Made by a program: the position numbers and the translations under genes. From the human T2T-CHM13v2.0 reference genome, Homo sapiens: a stretch of 64,000 bases of DNA. The notes beneath the pieces are model-generated. The model did no database searches. It saw only the letters and a list, made by a program, of their open reading frames with translations, and was not told the DNA's origin. Numbering within the stretch: position 1 is the first letter of the stretch; each line of letters starts with the position of its first letter. Below are positions 29,046 through 59,750 of the stretch, piece after piece. The DNA is taken from assembly GCF_009914755.1 (NCBI RefSeq), contig NC_060935.1; one strand, written 5' to 3'.

Positions 29046-30197
29046 AAGAAACTCATTCAAAACTGCACAACTACATGGAAACTAAACAACCTGCTCCTGC
29101 ATGACCACTGGGTAAATAACGAAATTAAGGCAGAAATAACGAAGTTCTCTGAAACCAATGAGAACAAAGAGACAAGGTACCAGAATCTCCGGGACATGCT
29201 AAAGCACAGTTGAGAGGGAAATTTATAGCACTAAATGCTCACATCAGAAAGTGGGAAAGATGTAAAATCTATACCTTAACATCACAATTAAAAGAACTAG
29301 AGAAGCAAGAGCAAACAAATTCAAAAGCTAGCAGAAGACAAGAAATAACTAAGAACAGAGCAGAACCGAAAGAGACACACGAAAAGCCCTTCAAAAAACT
29401 AATGAATCCAGGAGGTGGTGTTTTGAAAAGATTAACAAAATAGACAGACTGCTAACCAGATTAATAAAGAAGAGAGAGAATAATCAAATAGACACAATAA
29501 AAAATGATAAAAGGGATGTCATTATTGATCCCACAGAAATACAAACTACCATCAGGGAATACTATAAACACCTCTTCGCAAATAAACTAGAAAATCTAGA
29601 CGAAAATTCCTGGACATATACACCCTCCCAAGACTAAACTAGGAAGAAGCTGAATCCCTGAATAGACCAATAACAAATTCTAAAGTTGAGGCAAAACCTC
29701 AAAAAAAAAAAAAAAAAAAAAAACACCCCTTCATGCTATAAACTCTCCTGAAATAGCCTACCAACCAAAAAAAGCCCAGCACCAGACAGATTCACCAGAC
29801 AGATTCACAGCTGAATTCTACCAAAGGTACGAAGAGAAGCTGGTACCATTCCTAACAACAGAAAAAGAGGGACTCCTCCCTAACTCATTTTATGAGGTCA
29901 GCAACATCCTGATTCCAAAACCTGGCAGAGGCACAACACAAAAAAAGAAAATACCAGGCCAATATACCTGATGAACATTGATGTGAAAGTCCTCAATAAA
30001 ATACTGACAAACTGAATCCAGCAGAATATCAAAAAGCTTATCCACCAGGATCGAGTTGGCTTCATCCCTGGAACGCAAGGCTGGTTCAACACACGCAGAT
30101 CAATAAACGTAATCCATCACGTAAAACAGAACCAATGACAAAAACCACGATTATCTCAATAGACGCAGAAAAGGCCTTCAATAAAATTCAACACCCT

Positions 30198-30487
30198 GGC
30201 TGGGCGTGGTGGCTCACGCCTGTAATCCCAGCATTTTGGGACGCCGAGGCAGGCGGATCACGAGGTCAAGAGATCGAGACCATCCTGGCCAACATGGTGA
30301 AATCCCATCTCTACTAAAAATACAAAAATTAGCTGGGTGTGGTGGCATGCGTCTGTAGTCCCAGCTACTCAGGAGGCTGAGGCAGAAGAATTGCTTGAAT
30401 GAGCTGAGATCACACCACTGCACTCCAGCCTGGTGACAGAGTGAGACTCCGTCTCAAAAATAAATAAATAAATAAAAATTAAAAATA
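30198..30487 (+). mobile_element. AluSc-like element inserted in L1 ORF2, with a ~20-bp right-arm deletion
   Basis: cgaggtcaagagatcgag; TSD aaaattcaacaccc on both sides. Confidence 0.92.
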
Positions 30488-32356
30488 AAAATTCAACACC
30501 CCTTCATGCTAAAAACTCTGAATAAACTAGGTATTGATGGAACATATCTCAAAATATTAAGAGCTATTTATGACAAATCCATAGACAGTATCATACCGAA
30601 TGAGTAAAAGCAGAAAGCATTCCCTTTGAAAACCGGCACAAGACAAGGATGCTCTCTCTCACCACCCCTATTCAACACAGTACTGGAAGTTCTGGCCAGA
30701 GCAATCAGGCAAGAGAAAGAAAGAGTATTCAAATAGGAAGAGAGGAAGTCAAGGGTATTCAAATAAGAAGAGAGAAGGTCAAATTGTCTCTGTTTGCAGA
30801 TGACATAATTGTATATTTAGAAAACCCCACTGTCTCTGCCCCAAAACTCAAGCTGATAAACAACTTCAGCAAAGTCTCGGGATACAAAATCAATGTGCAA
30901 AAATCACAAGCGTTCCTATACACCAGTAATAGACAAGCAGAGAGCCAAATCATGAGTGAACTTCCATTCATAATTGCTACAAAGAAAATAAAATACCCAA
31001 AAACACAACTTGCATGTTCAGCACATGCATCCCAGATCTTAAAAAAAAAAAAAAAAAAAAAGAAAAAGTACATCTTAATCCTTGCTACCAATGTATGTGA
31101 CCTTATTTGGAAATAGGGTCTTAGCAGATGTAATCAAGTTAAGATGAGGTCATGCTGGATTAGGGTGGGACCTGAATCCAATGACTGGTGTCCTTTTAGG
31201 GAGAGAGAGATTTGAAGCCAGTGGCAAAACAGAGAGACAGGGAAGGTCATGTGAAGACGAACGCATATACTAAAGCACAATATCATATACTGGAGCTACA
31301 AGCCAAAGAACACCAAGGATTGTGGGCAGCTGCCACAGGCTGGAAGAGACAAGGAAGGATTCTTCCCTACAATCTTCAAAGAGAGAAAGATCCTTCAAAG
31401 GGAACTAACACCTGTCGTTCAGATTTCTGGCCTCTGACTATGAGAGAATAAATTTTTTTTAAACCATTCAGTTTGCGGTACTTTGTTGCAGCAGCCCAGG
31501 GAAACTCACACAGAGGGTAAAAGCACAAGAAACTAACAAAGTTAATATGGTCTTCCCGGTTCTCCAATATTTTGGACAAATCTTTATTATTCACTAGTGG
31601 CTTTTCTTCTATCCCTTCCCAAACCTGAATATAGGTATTCCCCAAGGTATCCCCTTGGTTTTGGCTCTTCTGTTTTTCCTATTGAGATTGAATTTGCCAC
31701 TACTAGTAGAAAAGTCCCAAGTTGGGAATCTCACTTATCTTTTCTACTGCTTTTGAAATGACACTGCTTGATCATCATCCAAGCACAATTTACACAGAAG
31801 TGACCTTGATAATTTACTCTCAAAACTGGATTCCCACCACCTTCCACTGATTTTCATACGGCACTAACTACATTTAATAGATGCTAAAATGCTATTGATT
31901 CATATGATTGCCATTATTCTCTATAGCACTAAGGAAGAAAAAAGCAACTGTAGAAGACTGCCAACTGTAAGACATATCTGGATTCAGAAATAACAAAATA
32001 TGAAAAATTGTGACTTAGAATCAATGGAATATAATAAAGTGTTACCATTATTTCCTAGTCATCAGAGTACTTTAACCTCTCCTGTTCTTTCAATATACAT
32101 ATTCAGTATCATCAGGTACTAAGTCTTTCTTTACAAAGTCTTGTAATATCTATTTTCTTTCACATGGTTTTAAGTCTTCATTCACACCAAGATAAGTGCA
32201 CTGCAATTGGTCTCTGAGACTGTCTCTGTAAAACCAAACTCACTGCATGTCAATAACAGTTTTCCTAAAATATCTGCATGTTTTTGTTTTTATCCCTTTA
32301 ATGTAGACTCCTTACTACCTACCACTAAGATAAAATCCAAGCTTACTTGGCCTACT

Positions 32357-33920
32357 TGTGGCAGACACTGCTAGTTGCATACTCAATATCCATTTTGCTC
32401 TAATTTTGTTCAAGGCATTTAGGTACCCAACTAATATACATTATCTTCCCAGATTCCCTTGCAGCTAGGAAAGACTATGTGACACAGACTAGCAGAAGTT
32501 TTTTAGGGATTTCTGAGAACATAGGTGCTTTCTTGATACAAAGCATTGCCCCTTTCTAGAATACAAAGCTGAAGATGAAATGAGCATCTTATGGATGAAA
32601 CCAACAAAGTAAAGATGGCAGTTTATAAATATACAAGTTGCCTAGGCCACTGATTATATTGCAGATTCACTGTACCAGCCCTGGACTTTTATTCCTGAAC
32701 ACTTTGTGATAAAAAATCACAAGCATTCCTGTGCACCAGTAACAGAGAGCCAAATCACGAGTGAACTCCCATTCACAATTACTACAAAGAGAATAAAATA
32801 CCTAGGAATATAACTTACAAGGGATGTGAAAGACCTCTTCAAGAACTACAAACCACTGCTCAAGAAAATAAGAGAGGACACAAATAAATGGGAAGACATT
32901 CCATGCTCATGGATAGGAAGAATCAATATCGTGAAAATGGCCATATTGCCCAAAGTAATTTATAGATTCAGTGCTATCCCCATCAAGTTACCATTGACTT
33001 TCTTCACGGAATTGGAAAAAACTCCTTTAAATTTCATATGGAAATTTAATGAGATACCATCTCACACCAGTTAGAATGGTGATCATTAAAAAGTCTGGAA
33101 ACAACAGATGCTGTTGAGGATGTGGAGAAATAGGAAATGCTTTTACACTGTTGGTGGGACTGTAAACTAGTTCAACCATTGTGGAAGACAGTGTGGCGAT
33201 TCCTCATGAATCTAGAAACAGAAATACCATTCGACCCAGCCATCCCATTACTGGGTATACACCCAAAGGATTATAAATCTTTCTACTATAAAGACACATG
33301 CGCACATATGTTTACTGCGGCACTATTCACAATAGCAAAGACTTGGAACCAACCCAAATCCCTGTCAATAATAGATTGGATAAAGAAAATGTGGCACATG
33401 TACACCATGAAATACTATGCAGCCATAAAAAAGAATGAGTTCATGTCCTTTGCAGGGACATGGATGAAGCTGGAAACCATCATTCTCCGCAAACTATCAC
33501 AAGAACAGAAAACCAAACACCACATGTTCTTACTAATAAGTGGGAGTTAAACAATGAGAACCCATGTACACAGGGAGGGGGACATCACACAGTGGGGCCT
33601 GTTGGGGGATGGGGGGCTAGGGGAGAGATAGCATTAGGATAAATACGTAACGCAGATGAAGGGTTGATGGGTGCAGCAAACCACCATGGCATGTGTATAC
33701 CTATGTAACAAAACTGAACGTTCTGCACATGTACCCCAGAATTTGAATTAAAAAAAAGAAAAAAATACTGCCAGAGAAAACAACTATAAATCATTTTATT
33801 TTCAATCTAAAAAGATAAATAAATAAATAATAAAGAAAAAATAAATAAAACTCTGCTACAGTTAAGTTACTGCAGAAGGGATTCCATCACCTGCACTTAA
33901 ATGCAACCCCTACTGAAACT
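32357..33920 (+). mobile_element. MLT1J-like LTR remnant split by the L1 at 32712-33850
   Basis: Starts TGTGGCAGACACTGCTAGTTGC; contains TTCCCAGATTCCCTTGCAGCTAGG. Confidence 0.55.
32712..33850 (+). mobile_element. 5'-truncated L1PA with ~780-bp internal deletion (junction ~33045) and a double A-rich tail
   Basis: ORF2 peptides ([19 protein letters not shown]; [14 protein letters not shown]) and L1 3'UTR. Confidence 0.9.
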
Positions 33921-34657
33921 AGGATTCGAGGCTCTTTACAGCCTGCGCTCAACCACTCCTTTTGTCTGATCTCCCACTATTCCCTACAGTTTCAGGCATC
34001 TGTACTTACTTACATCATTTTGCACTGAATTCACTGTTTACCAAACACACAATGCTCTTCCATACCTCTGTGTTTGCATATATGTTCTGTGTTTTTATGT
34101 TTTCACAGAAATGACATTCCCACACTTGGGTAAACTCTTACTTATTGCATAAGACCCACTCAAACATATAGTGTAACTTGCTCTTTCCTTTGTTGCAACC
34201 ATACTACTTTGTTCACACCTCCAGATGAGCACTTTTGATAGTTCACTGTAATCATTTACTTTCATATCTGCTTCCCCAATTAGATGATTAACCTAATTGT
34301 CATTGCAGGGACTATGTGTTTTTCTTTATGTATCATAAATGTTTGCTTGGCACATGGTAAGTTTTCAATACATATTTTAATGAAGAATAAAACACAAACT
34401 GGATTTAACTGCTTTTTTGTGTATGTGTATCTGCCTTTGTCCCAGCAGATACCATTCAATTATTTTTATCTTCCCCAATGTGCAACTTGTAAAAAATAAA
34501 CGATAGTGCTAATAGCATCTCAAGCAAATCCAGTTACCATGTTTTACTCTTCTTTATATTTCCTATATGACCGAGCACAAAACTTTTTATCTAACAGGAA
34601 CTTAAAAATGTTTGAATTGACTTTATAGCACCAAGAAAAACACAGAAGGCATTATAC

Positions 34658-35675
34658 CTATAGAGGAAGACTGTGGACTAATCAGAAGGTCCTCTTGGAC
34701 TTGTTCACTTCCTGGAACTGTCTGCTGATCACTCAGCGAACTCTGAGATGCACTGACAGGCTGGGACACTTCCTCATGGACCTCCTCATCACTTAATCTT
34801 TCTACTTTGACCCGGACATCTTCTTCGGTACCTAAAGGCAAGGTAGTTTTTGTGCTCTCACAAGTCACATAATCAGCCATTCTTCTACCGGTCTCAGATG
34901 GGCCAGGTAATTCTAAAGTCCGGGTATTTTCTGCTTGCTTAACTTTCTCAGGCTGAATCCTTCGATCAATTCCAAAAGGAAAAGTCCAAGGAAAAGCTAA
35001 GGAAGAGTCAACTGGTTGGTTTCTATTTTCTGAGTAGGAAGCTGAAGAATTCAATACCTGGGGTGAGCTTGTTTGTGTGCCACACTTTACAGGACTTTCA
35101 GGAGACATAACAATGTAGCTTTTGCGCTTTCTCCGGGATTCTCGGCAGACAGGAATGGTTCTTTCTACCACACTGCACTCTGAGGACACGGGAGAAATGC
35201 TCCCATCTCGAGAAGTAAAATTGCAGTTAGAATTATTTTCTTGTCCAGCATCTAGACCCTTTTCAGGTTGGCTGTTGGGTGTATTCCATAAAATGCTTGA
35301 TTTCATGAACTCTGAGCAGGTGCTGGCAACACTGAACATTTGCATATAGCTGGCTGCTGCTAGAACATCAATAATATTTTCTGTGTTAATTGATAGAGTG
35401 GCTGTGTAAGCATATTCTAAAAGAGGTATAAAGCCAGTCACTGTAACATGATGCAGATCCAACACATTCTTGTTCTCATCCTCGGCTTGGCCTACAAGTT
35501 TGGTGCGAAAGAAATCACTGCAAGCTGCTAGTACCACCTTATGTGCCCGGAAGATTTTGTCCTGGACACGAATAGTGATATCACAAAAATGTCCATCATT
35601 TCGCAGCATATTTAGCTTTCCAAGCATTTCCTGGCTGTGGGAAGAGGAGCTATGAGTAAATGTTTTCACACCCAT
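34658..35675 (-). CDS. ZBTB44: ZBTB44 first coding exon (exon 2): BTB/POZ domain and linker, aa 1-339 plus 1 nt. Whole exon is 34658-35731 (1074 nt, including 56 nt of 5'UTR)
   Basis: ORF MGVKTFTHSSSSHSQEMLGKLNMLRNDGHFCDITIRVQDKIFRAHKVVLAACSDFF... is a classic ZBTB-type BTB that I recognise as ZBTB44. Acceptor ttttttAG|GACAT at 35731; donor ATAG|GTATAA at 34658. Confidence 0.97.
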
Positions 35676-35863
35676 CTTTTACTTCCTCTTCTACAGATGC
35701 TCTTCAAGGATGCAAATAAATCAGAAATGTCCTAAAAAATACATAAAATAAAGCATTAATTGATATTTTAGTGGTTTAAAATGTGATTTAGATCATTTTC
35801 ATGTGGCCACTGTACTAAATTAAAAAGCTGAAAGATGGTAGTGACAGAGAAACTTCAAGGTAG

Positions 35864-36936
<1,073 letters not shown>

Positions 36937-37799
36937 TCACAAAAGGATAAGGCATAAATCTCTGTTCCAAAGCAGCCAGGTAAAGCTACTGAAATAATTA
37001 TCTTGACCATAATTAGTAACAGAAGTTCGAATGTAAACTGAGTGCTCCACATACCCTTCCTGAAGTCAACTGACCACAATGAGACACTAGACAGCCAGGG
37101 ACTGGTCTACGCAAACCATCATGTAACATATTTGCTGATTTAGGTCTCACAAAAATGAGATGAAAGAAAGAAAATGGGAGGGCTATATATAAAGCGTTTT
37201 GTTCATTTATTGCATCCCAGGAGACTAGCTTCTGCTTTTAAAGCATGGCCTTCGAGAGTGCTTACTTTGGGATCATGTGGCTGAGGGAAGAAACATGCTT
37301 TCAGAGCAAGTGAATTAGTTATAATCCAGGGACCATCTGCATGAACAAAGGTGTGAAGGCAAGAAATTAAACAGCATATTTGGAAGACATGTGCATCGGA
37401 GTATTAAAATGAAACCATTTCCATCTTGAATAGGCCCCAAACAACAGATAATGTACTACGTTCTCAAGTGAGGCACAAGGGCACCTTATACAAGGGGTAG
37501 TGGAAAACTATTTTCAACCTTGAGTTACATCCACCTTCAGTCATCTTCCGTGTTCAAAGAGTAGATATGAAAAGGATTTTTGCTGAGAGTAATCAGTTTG
37601 TTGTGAGTTGCAAACCCCATTCTACTTCCCTGCTTACTCCCCTGCAGGGAAAGGGGCTTCAAGGCATGCTGATCCTTTACCTCAAATCTATGGAAAATAT
37701 GTTACAACTGAAAAAACTCTGAAGGGCACATAAGTCTGATTTAAACAACAATCAAGGCCAAGACGTATGCCTACTATCTCCCAACAGTATATAAAGGCA

Positions 37800-38050
37800 T
37801 CACAGTGGAGTGGTTGAAAGCACAGACTCTGGAGCCAGAATGCTCACTCTGCATGCTGGTTCTGCTATTTTTACCTGTGTCACCTTAGGCAAGTCATTAA
37901 ACAAACCCTCTGTATCTTACTATATTCAGTGGTATAAGAAATATAACACAACACACCTCATAGAGTTCTGAGGATTAAATGACCTAATATATGTTAAGTG
38001 TTTAGAATAGTAACTAGTAACATAATCAATGCTATAGAAACATTAGTTGC
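37800..38050 (+). mobile_element. MIR SINE. Other probable MIR/L2 remnants at ~36290-36400, 43470-43710, 44180-44360, 60550-60770 and 33930-34390
   Basis: agcacagactctggagccaga...gtcaccttaggcaagtcattaa...gaggattaaatga MIR core. Confidence 0.65.
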
Positions 38051-38568
38051 TGCTGCTACTAACATTGCTATCAAAGACCTTTTCTTCCTGAAAGGGCCAG
38101 AAACCACAGCCAGCAAATGAAGAGAAGTGAAAGAAGAAAGTTGGGGAAGAGAGAAAGAAAGAAAAAGGAGGTAAACCACACCTAACTCTTCAACTGCAGG
38201 CCTGTAGTAGGCCTGAGGTGGGAAAGGAGGGAAAGCTTTTACTCTAAGTTTATTAGTTCTTGAAAAGATTGCTGGTATTTCCTGAAAGTGATCAGAACAG
38301 TTATTAAAACTTACTCTCCAGGAAGCTGGAGAACTAACTCCACAGAAGAAATAAAATGGCTCATGAGTACCTCCCGTAAGTCATGCTTGTTCACATATAT
38401 GGTACGAAGTCTGATATACTTAGAAGTATGGGATGAGAAGAAGGTGATGATGAGGAAATGCATTCTCTACCATATATTTATCACATGCATTTCCCAATAT
38501 GTCTGCAGAAACTCAGGCCCAAGATATGCTCCATAATACAAACTTATATGGACAAATATATTTTGGAT

Positions 38569-43095
<4,527 letters not shown>

Positions 43096-45749
43096 TTAAT
43101 TAATTAATCTCATTTATCTCTGTGTGTAGATGAATATGTATATGTGTAGTTATAAGTTTAATTTGGAGGTCATTTAAAATTCTTGAGTAAAGATCAGTAT
43201 TAACTACAATTACTAATTTAGACTTTGTGCAGCATTTACAAGTAATAAAAATGTACTTGTAGCAGTTTGCAATTTGAACTATTCAGTAATTCAGGAAGTT
43301 TACTTCCCACCCATTTTATTCCAAATTACTGATGAAATACTGCTATCACACATTCTTGTGAAAGTGGTATGTTGCTAAACAACATATAATTTAAGGGAAT
43401 ACAAAAAAGAACCTACAATTTTTTTTTACAGTTGGGTTGAAACAATTTTGCCAAATAAGGTATACAGCCTAGTTGATAAAGTAGATTGGTTTAAGTTAGA
43501 CAAATCTTAGGTTTTAAATTTTCACTTCCCCATTTACCAGCCAGGCATTAAATCTGAGTCAAGTTGTTCACCTCTCTAATGATGCTTCTGTTTTTTTTCT
43601 CATCTGAAAAACAGGAATCATAGAAATTATACTTCCAAGATAGCCAAGAGGATTAAATTAGCACAATTCCTGGCATAAAGCAAGCATTCAATAAACGTTA
43701 GCTATTTATTCACACTAGAAAAAGTGTGAACAAAAATTAAATGTAGATCAAATTTTAAAATGTCTATTTTTCACAGCATTTTAAAAACCTGTATTTTGAT
43801 ATATAGATTAGCTGATAAAAATTATCAGAAGATTTGAGATTAAAACGAAGTAGCTCTTAGCATATAAAGTGACGTGGCTGCTTAACATGATGAAAGAGAA
43901 AGTAATGAGACTGTTAACCTTGGAAGTAATTTTAGTTGGATGGGAAAAGTTGATATTTGAAAGAATGTATCTATTTAAATATGCAGCCACATCTCAAAAC
44001 TGGAAGCTAACTTTCAAAAGATACTAACCAGGTTTTAATTATGCTAAAACTGAACTGAGATCACTCACTCGCAGCTTATATTCTAATTAAAACCCATGAA
44101 GGACAGAAAAGGTTAAGGAGAGGGGCATATAAGTTTAAGATGCCTGTAAGAGGAATATCCAGGTGGAAATTTATACATAAACTTGTCTGTATTGGCTTTT
44201 ATCAACTATGCTCCAGATAGAACACTAGGGGCTTTAGATATGCTATCTCACATGAGTTTACATTATAATACCCTGATTTTACAGATGAGGAAACTGAGGC
44301 CAGAAAATTATTTGGTTCAAGACCACTTATGTTTATACCAAGCTTCAGACCTACAATCTTCTTCAAAAAGTACAGGTAGCCACATGGGAGTAGAAGAGTC
44401 CTATCTGCCTTTTAAGAAGATTTCTTGGTGGCAGCAGTGAGGATAAAGAAAATGCATCTGAGAAATATTTAGAATGGAAAACCACCTAGGCATGATTTTG
44501 TACTAAGGGTGGGTGGAACAGTAGCTAAAAGAGTCAGATGGTTTTATCTCTAACTTTGTTTTCACCAAACAAGACAAAAGAAGAGCTGGTTTCGATAGGG
44601 GTTGATGATGGGGAAAGAAATGTTTCAATTTTGGATATACTGAGTTTAAAATACCTGAGAAGAATATCCACATGTAAATTTATACATGAAGTTGCCCATT
44701 CTGGCCTGCAGTTCAGGGAAGAAGTCACGATAAATTTCATTCTGCTGAATTTATCAGAGCTGAAGACATGTAAAGAATGTACGGGGACGAAGGGCAGAAA
44801 GGCACGTTGTTAGAAGCTTGGAGCAGATAGAGCAAAAGGCCTTGGTGAAAACATTTTGTGTCTAATTTCTCTCGACCCTGTCCAGTATTGCACATAACAT
44901 ACAACAGAGTGAAATATATGAATGAATAAATTTATGTTATAAAATTTCTGTCTGGTTTTGCTATATAAAATGCCTATATCTATTCATTATAAATAGTTAA
45001 AGGAAAAAGTTGCAATTTGAGTTTACAGTCTTGAATTTCACATTAAAAGCATCAGTATGAAATGATAATGTACTTAATCTCTAGCAATGAATATGGCTAG
45101 CACCCAGAATGGCTTCTAAATTCCATTTCTCATCTCAAAAAAACTATAAACTCATGGGTCCTTAGAGAAATGGCTGATTCCATGTCTCAGGCAGTAAATG
45201 CCTTCTGGAATATCTGACCAGATAACAAGGAAGCTACCAAAGATTACTCGGGGTATGTCAAAGCTCAAGTCAACTTGAGGAGGTTCCCAACAGACAAACC
45301 TAGGAGAACCCCCTCCAACTTCCTGCCAGCCCTAAGCAATCACTAATCTATTTTTTGTCTATAAACTTCCCCATCCAAGACTTTCATATGAATGGAATCA
45401 TATAATAATGTGGACGTTTGGGGCTCACTTCACTTAGTATAATGTTCTACCATGTATCATGCCTCATTTACATTTATTGCTGAAAAAATACTCCACTCCA
45501 TATTCCGCATTTTTATTATCTACAGGTTAATGGACACGAGTTGTTTCCAGTTTTTGGCTATTATGAATAATGCTGCTATAAACAATCGTGTAAGTTTTTG
45601 TGTGGATGTATGTTTTCAGTTTGTTGGGTATATGTGTAAGACAGGAATTGCTGGGTCATATGGTAACTCTATATTTAATCATTTGAGAAATTGTCAGACT
45701 GTCTTCCAAAGCAGCCACACCTTTATATTCCCATCAAGAGTGTATGAGG

Positions 45750-50690
<4,941 letters not shown>

Positions 50691-51925
50691 TGACCCTTTT
50701 ATCCTTATAAAACGTCTCTAGTAACACTTTTTGTTATAAAGTCTATTTGCTGGATACGAGTAAAACCACTCTCGCTTTCTGGTGGTTGCTGTTTACATGA
50801 TATATTTATTTCCATCCTTTTACTTTCAATCTATTTTTCTTTGAATGACAATTATGTCTCCTTTAGCTAGCATACAGCTGGATAATGCTGTTTATAAACT
50901 TAGTCTGACAATCTCTGTCTTTTGATTTCAATCCGTTCACATTTAATGTTATTTGTATAGTTAGATTCAAACGTGCAATTCTATGTCCCATGTCTGTTTT
51001 GTTCCTCTACTATTCCTTTAGTGCTTACTTTTGTATTATTTTCTAATGTAGCATCTGCAGGTTTAAAATGATTTTTAATTATATTTTTTGAGTTGTTTTT
51101 AGTAGTTGCTCAAGGTTTTAGAATATATACCAGAACCAGCTTCAGATCTATACTAGCTTAATTCTTGTGACAGACAAAAACATGACTACTATATATGTCA
51201 ATTCCCTCCCCCATTTATAGTAGCATTGTTACAGATATCATATCTGCTCATGATTACAAACACAATATGTGGTCATGATTACTGCTTTCCCATCTGTAGT
51301 CATTTCCTTAGCCCAACACAGCTTTGCTCCTACCCACTTATTTTTGTGCTGTTACTGGCAGATATATTACAGATTTATTACATTTCTTTGTTATGGGATC
51401 AGCATTACATATATGTATATACATATAAAATAGCTTGCTTTTTAATAAACTTATAACAAGAAAGGAGAAAAATGTTAATTTCTTTTTTTTAAAGTAATTA
51501 TATAATTACCTTTTCTGATGCTCTATTTTTTTGTGTGCATTCAAATTACCATCTAGGGTCATTTGCCTTCAGCCTGAAAAAATTCCTTTGATGTTCCTTG
51601 TAAAGTGGGTCAGCTAGCAACAAATTTTCGTTTTTATCTAGGACAGTCTTTATTTTGCTTTCATTTAAAAAAGATAGCATTGTTGGATATAAGATTTTTG
51701 GTTGACAGTTTTCTTCCCTCGTCCTTTGCACATTTTGAATATGTTCTCCCAACGCCTTCTGGCCTCCACTGCTATAAGAAGTCAGCCATTAATCCTACAG
51801 TGGTTCCATTTTGAGTGAGTTATTTTCTTACTATTTTAAAGATTTTCCCTTTTTAAACTTTTAGCGTTTTTACTGTATGTTTAAATTGCTACATTTTTCT
51901 TACTTAGAAAAAGATTTTCAGTAAA

Positions 51926-52273
51926 GATGCTCCAATGTATGGAATTATATCCAATAAGCCCATTGTTAGTTAAAAATATCAAAGTCGAAAATGCATTTAA
52001 TATACCTACCTTCCTAAAGATCACAGCTTAGTCTAGCTTAAAGTGCTCAAAACACTGACATTAGCTTACACAGTTGGGCAAAATAACCTAACACAAAGTA
52101 TTTTTAAATAAAGTGTTCAGTACCTCATATGATTTATTGAATACCACATTGAAAGTGAAAAACAGAGTGGTTGTAAGGGTACTTGAAGCACGGTTTCTAC
52201 TGAATGCTTTATCACTTTCACTTTTGTGCTATCATACACTAAAAACTTGTAAGTCAAACCATCATTCGTTTGT
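51926..52273. mobile_element. MER47A/Tigger5-like MITE
   Basis: agatgctcc...gtcgaaaatgcatttaata...cagttgggcaaaata...cggtttctactgaatgc pattern. Confidence 0.6.
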
Positions 52274-53168
52274 ATGGGAAGTTTTCTGCCACTATTTGAG
52301 TGTTTTTTTCTATTGCTATATCATTTTCTATTGTTATCTTCTTTCTCTTCCTCCTCTCCTTCCAGAACTCCCATTACTCTTAAGTGTTTAATGGTATGTG
52401 GGATGGTGTCTTATGTTTTGCTGAAGCTCTACTCATTATTATCTTATCTCTGTTCCTCAGTTTGCATAATTTCTATTGATCTATGTTCGAATTCACTAAA
52501 CCCATCTTCTGCCAGTGAAGAAGAGCACTGCTAGTGAATTTTCGGTTAATTATTTTTTTCAATTCCAGAATTTCTAATTGTTTTTTCAATAATTTTTATA
52601 TTCTTATTGATAGCCTCTATTTTATGCAAAATTGTCACTATACCCACTTTTACCTCTTTATGCTTTTTCTCTAGTTCTGTGAACACACTTATGATGGCTA
52701 TTTTGAAGTCTTTTCTGTTAAATCTGACATGTGGTCTCTCTCACACAGGCAGTTTATAAGGTCTGCTTTTTTTCTGGTGCATGAGTCATAATTTCTTTTT
52801 TCTCTGCATGCCTCATAATTTTTTGCTAGACACTGACATTTTTGATAATATAGTATAGCAAATCCAGTTACTGTTCCTTTCTTCTACCTCCCTCTTTCTT
52901 GGTGCTTCTTACTGTTTCTTGCTTATTTTTTAGTGACTAGCCGAATTATTTTAGCAAAGTCTATTTCCCCACTTCCCCAACCTCCACAATGCTAAGCCTT
53001 GGATGTTGATCCACAGAGAGGTACATTTTTGGGTACGCCCACAGTCACCCTGGACTTACAGTGATATTCTAGCTCTTATCACACCAAGGTGTTAAACTCC
53101 ACTAACTGTTCTACTGTTATTTAAAAAAAAAAAAAAAAAAAAGCCCTGGGTTTATATTCTACAAATTA

Positions 53169-59750
<6,582 letters not shown>

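Noticed and set aside
29781-30780. Small tandem duplications in L1 (13 bp at 29781-29806, 30 bp at 30721-30780); similar repeat at 58298-58368
   Set aside because: Ordinary slippage events in neutral sequence with no sign of function
32712-33765. This L1 as the displaced missing 3' part of the host L1 at 23300-31060
   Set aside because: It overlaps the host by ~110 bp, has its own 3' end that differs from the host tail, and sits in a different LTR. An independent insertion is simpler, although a subfamily analysis was not possible
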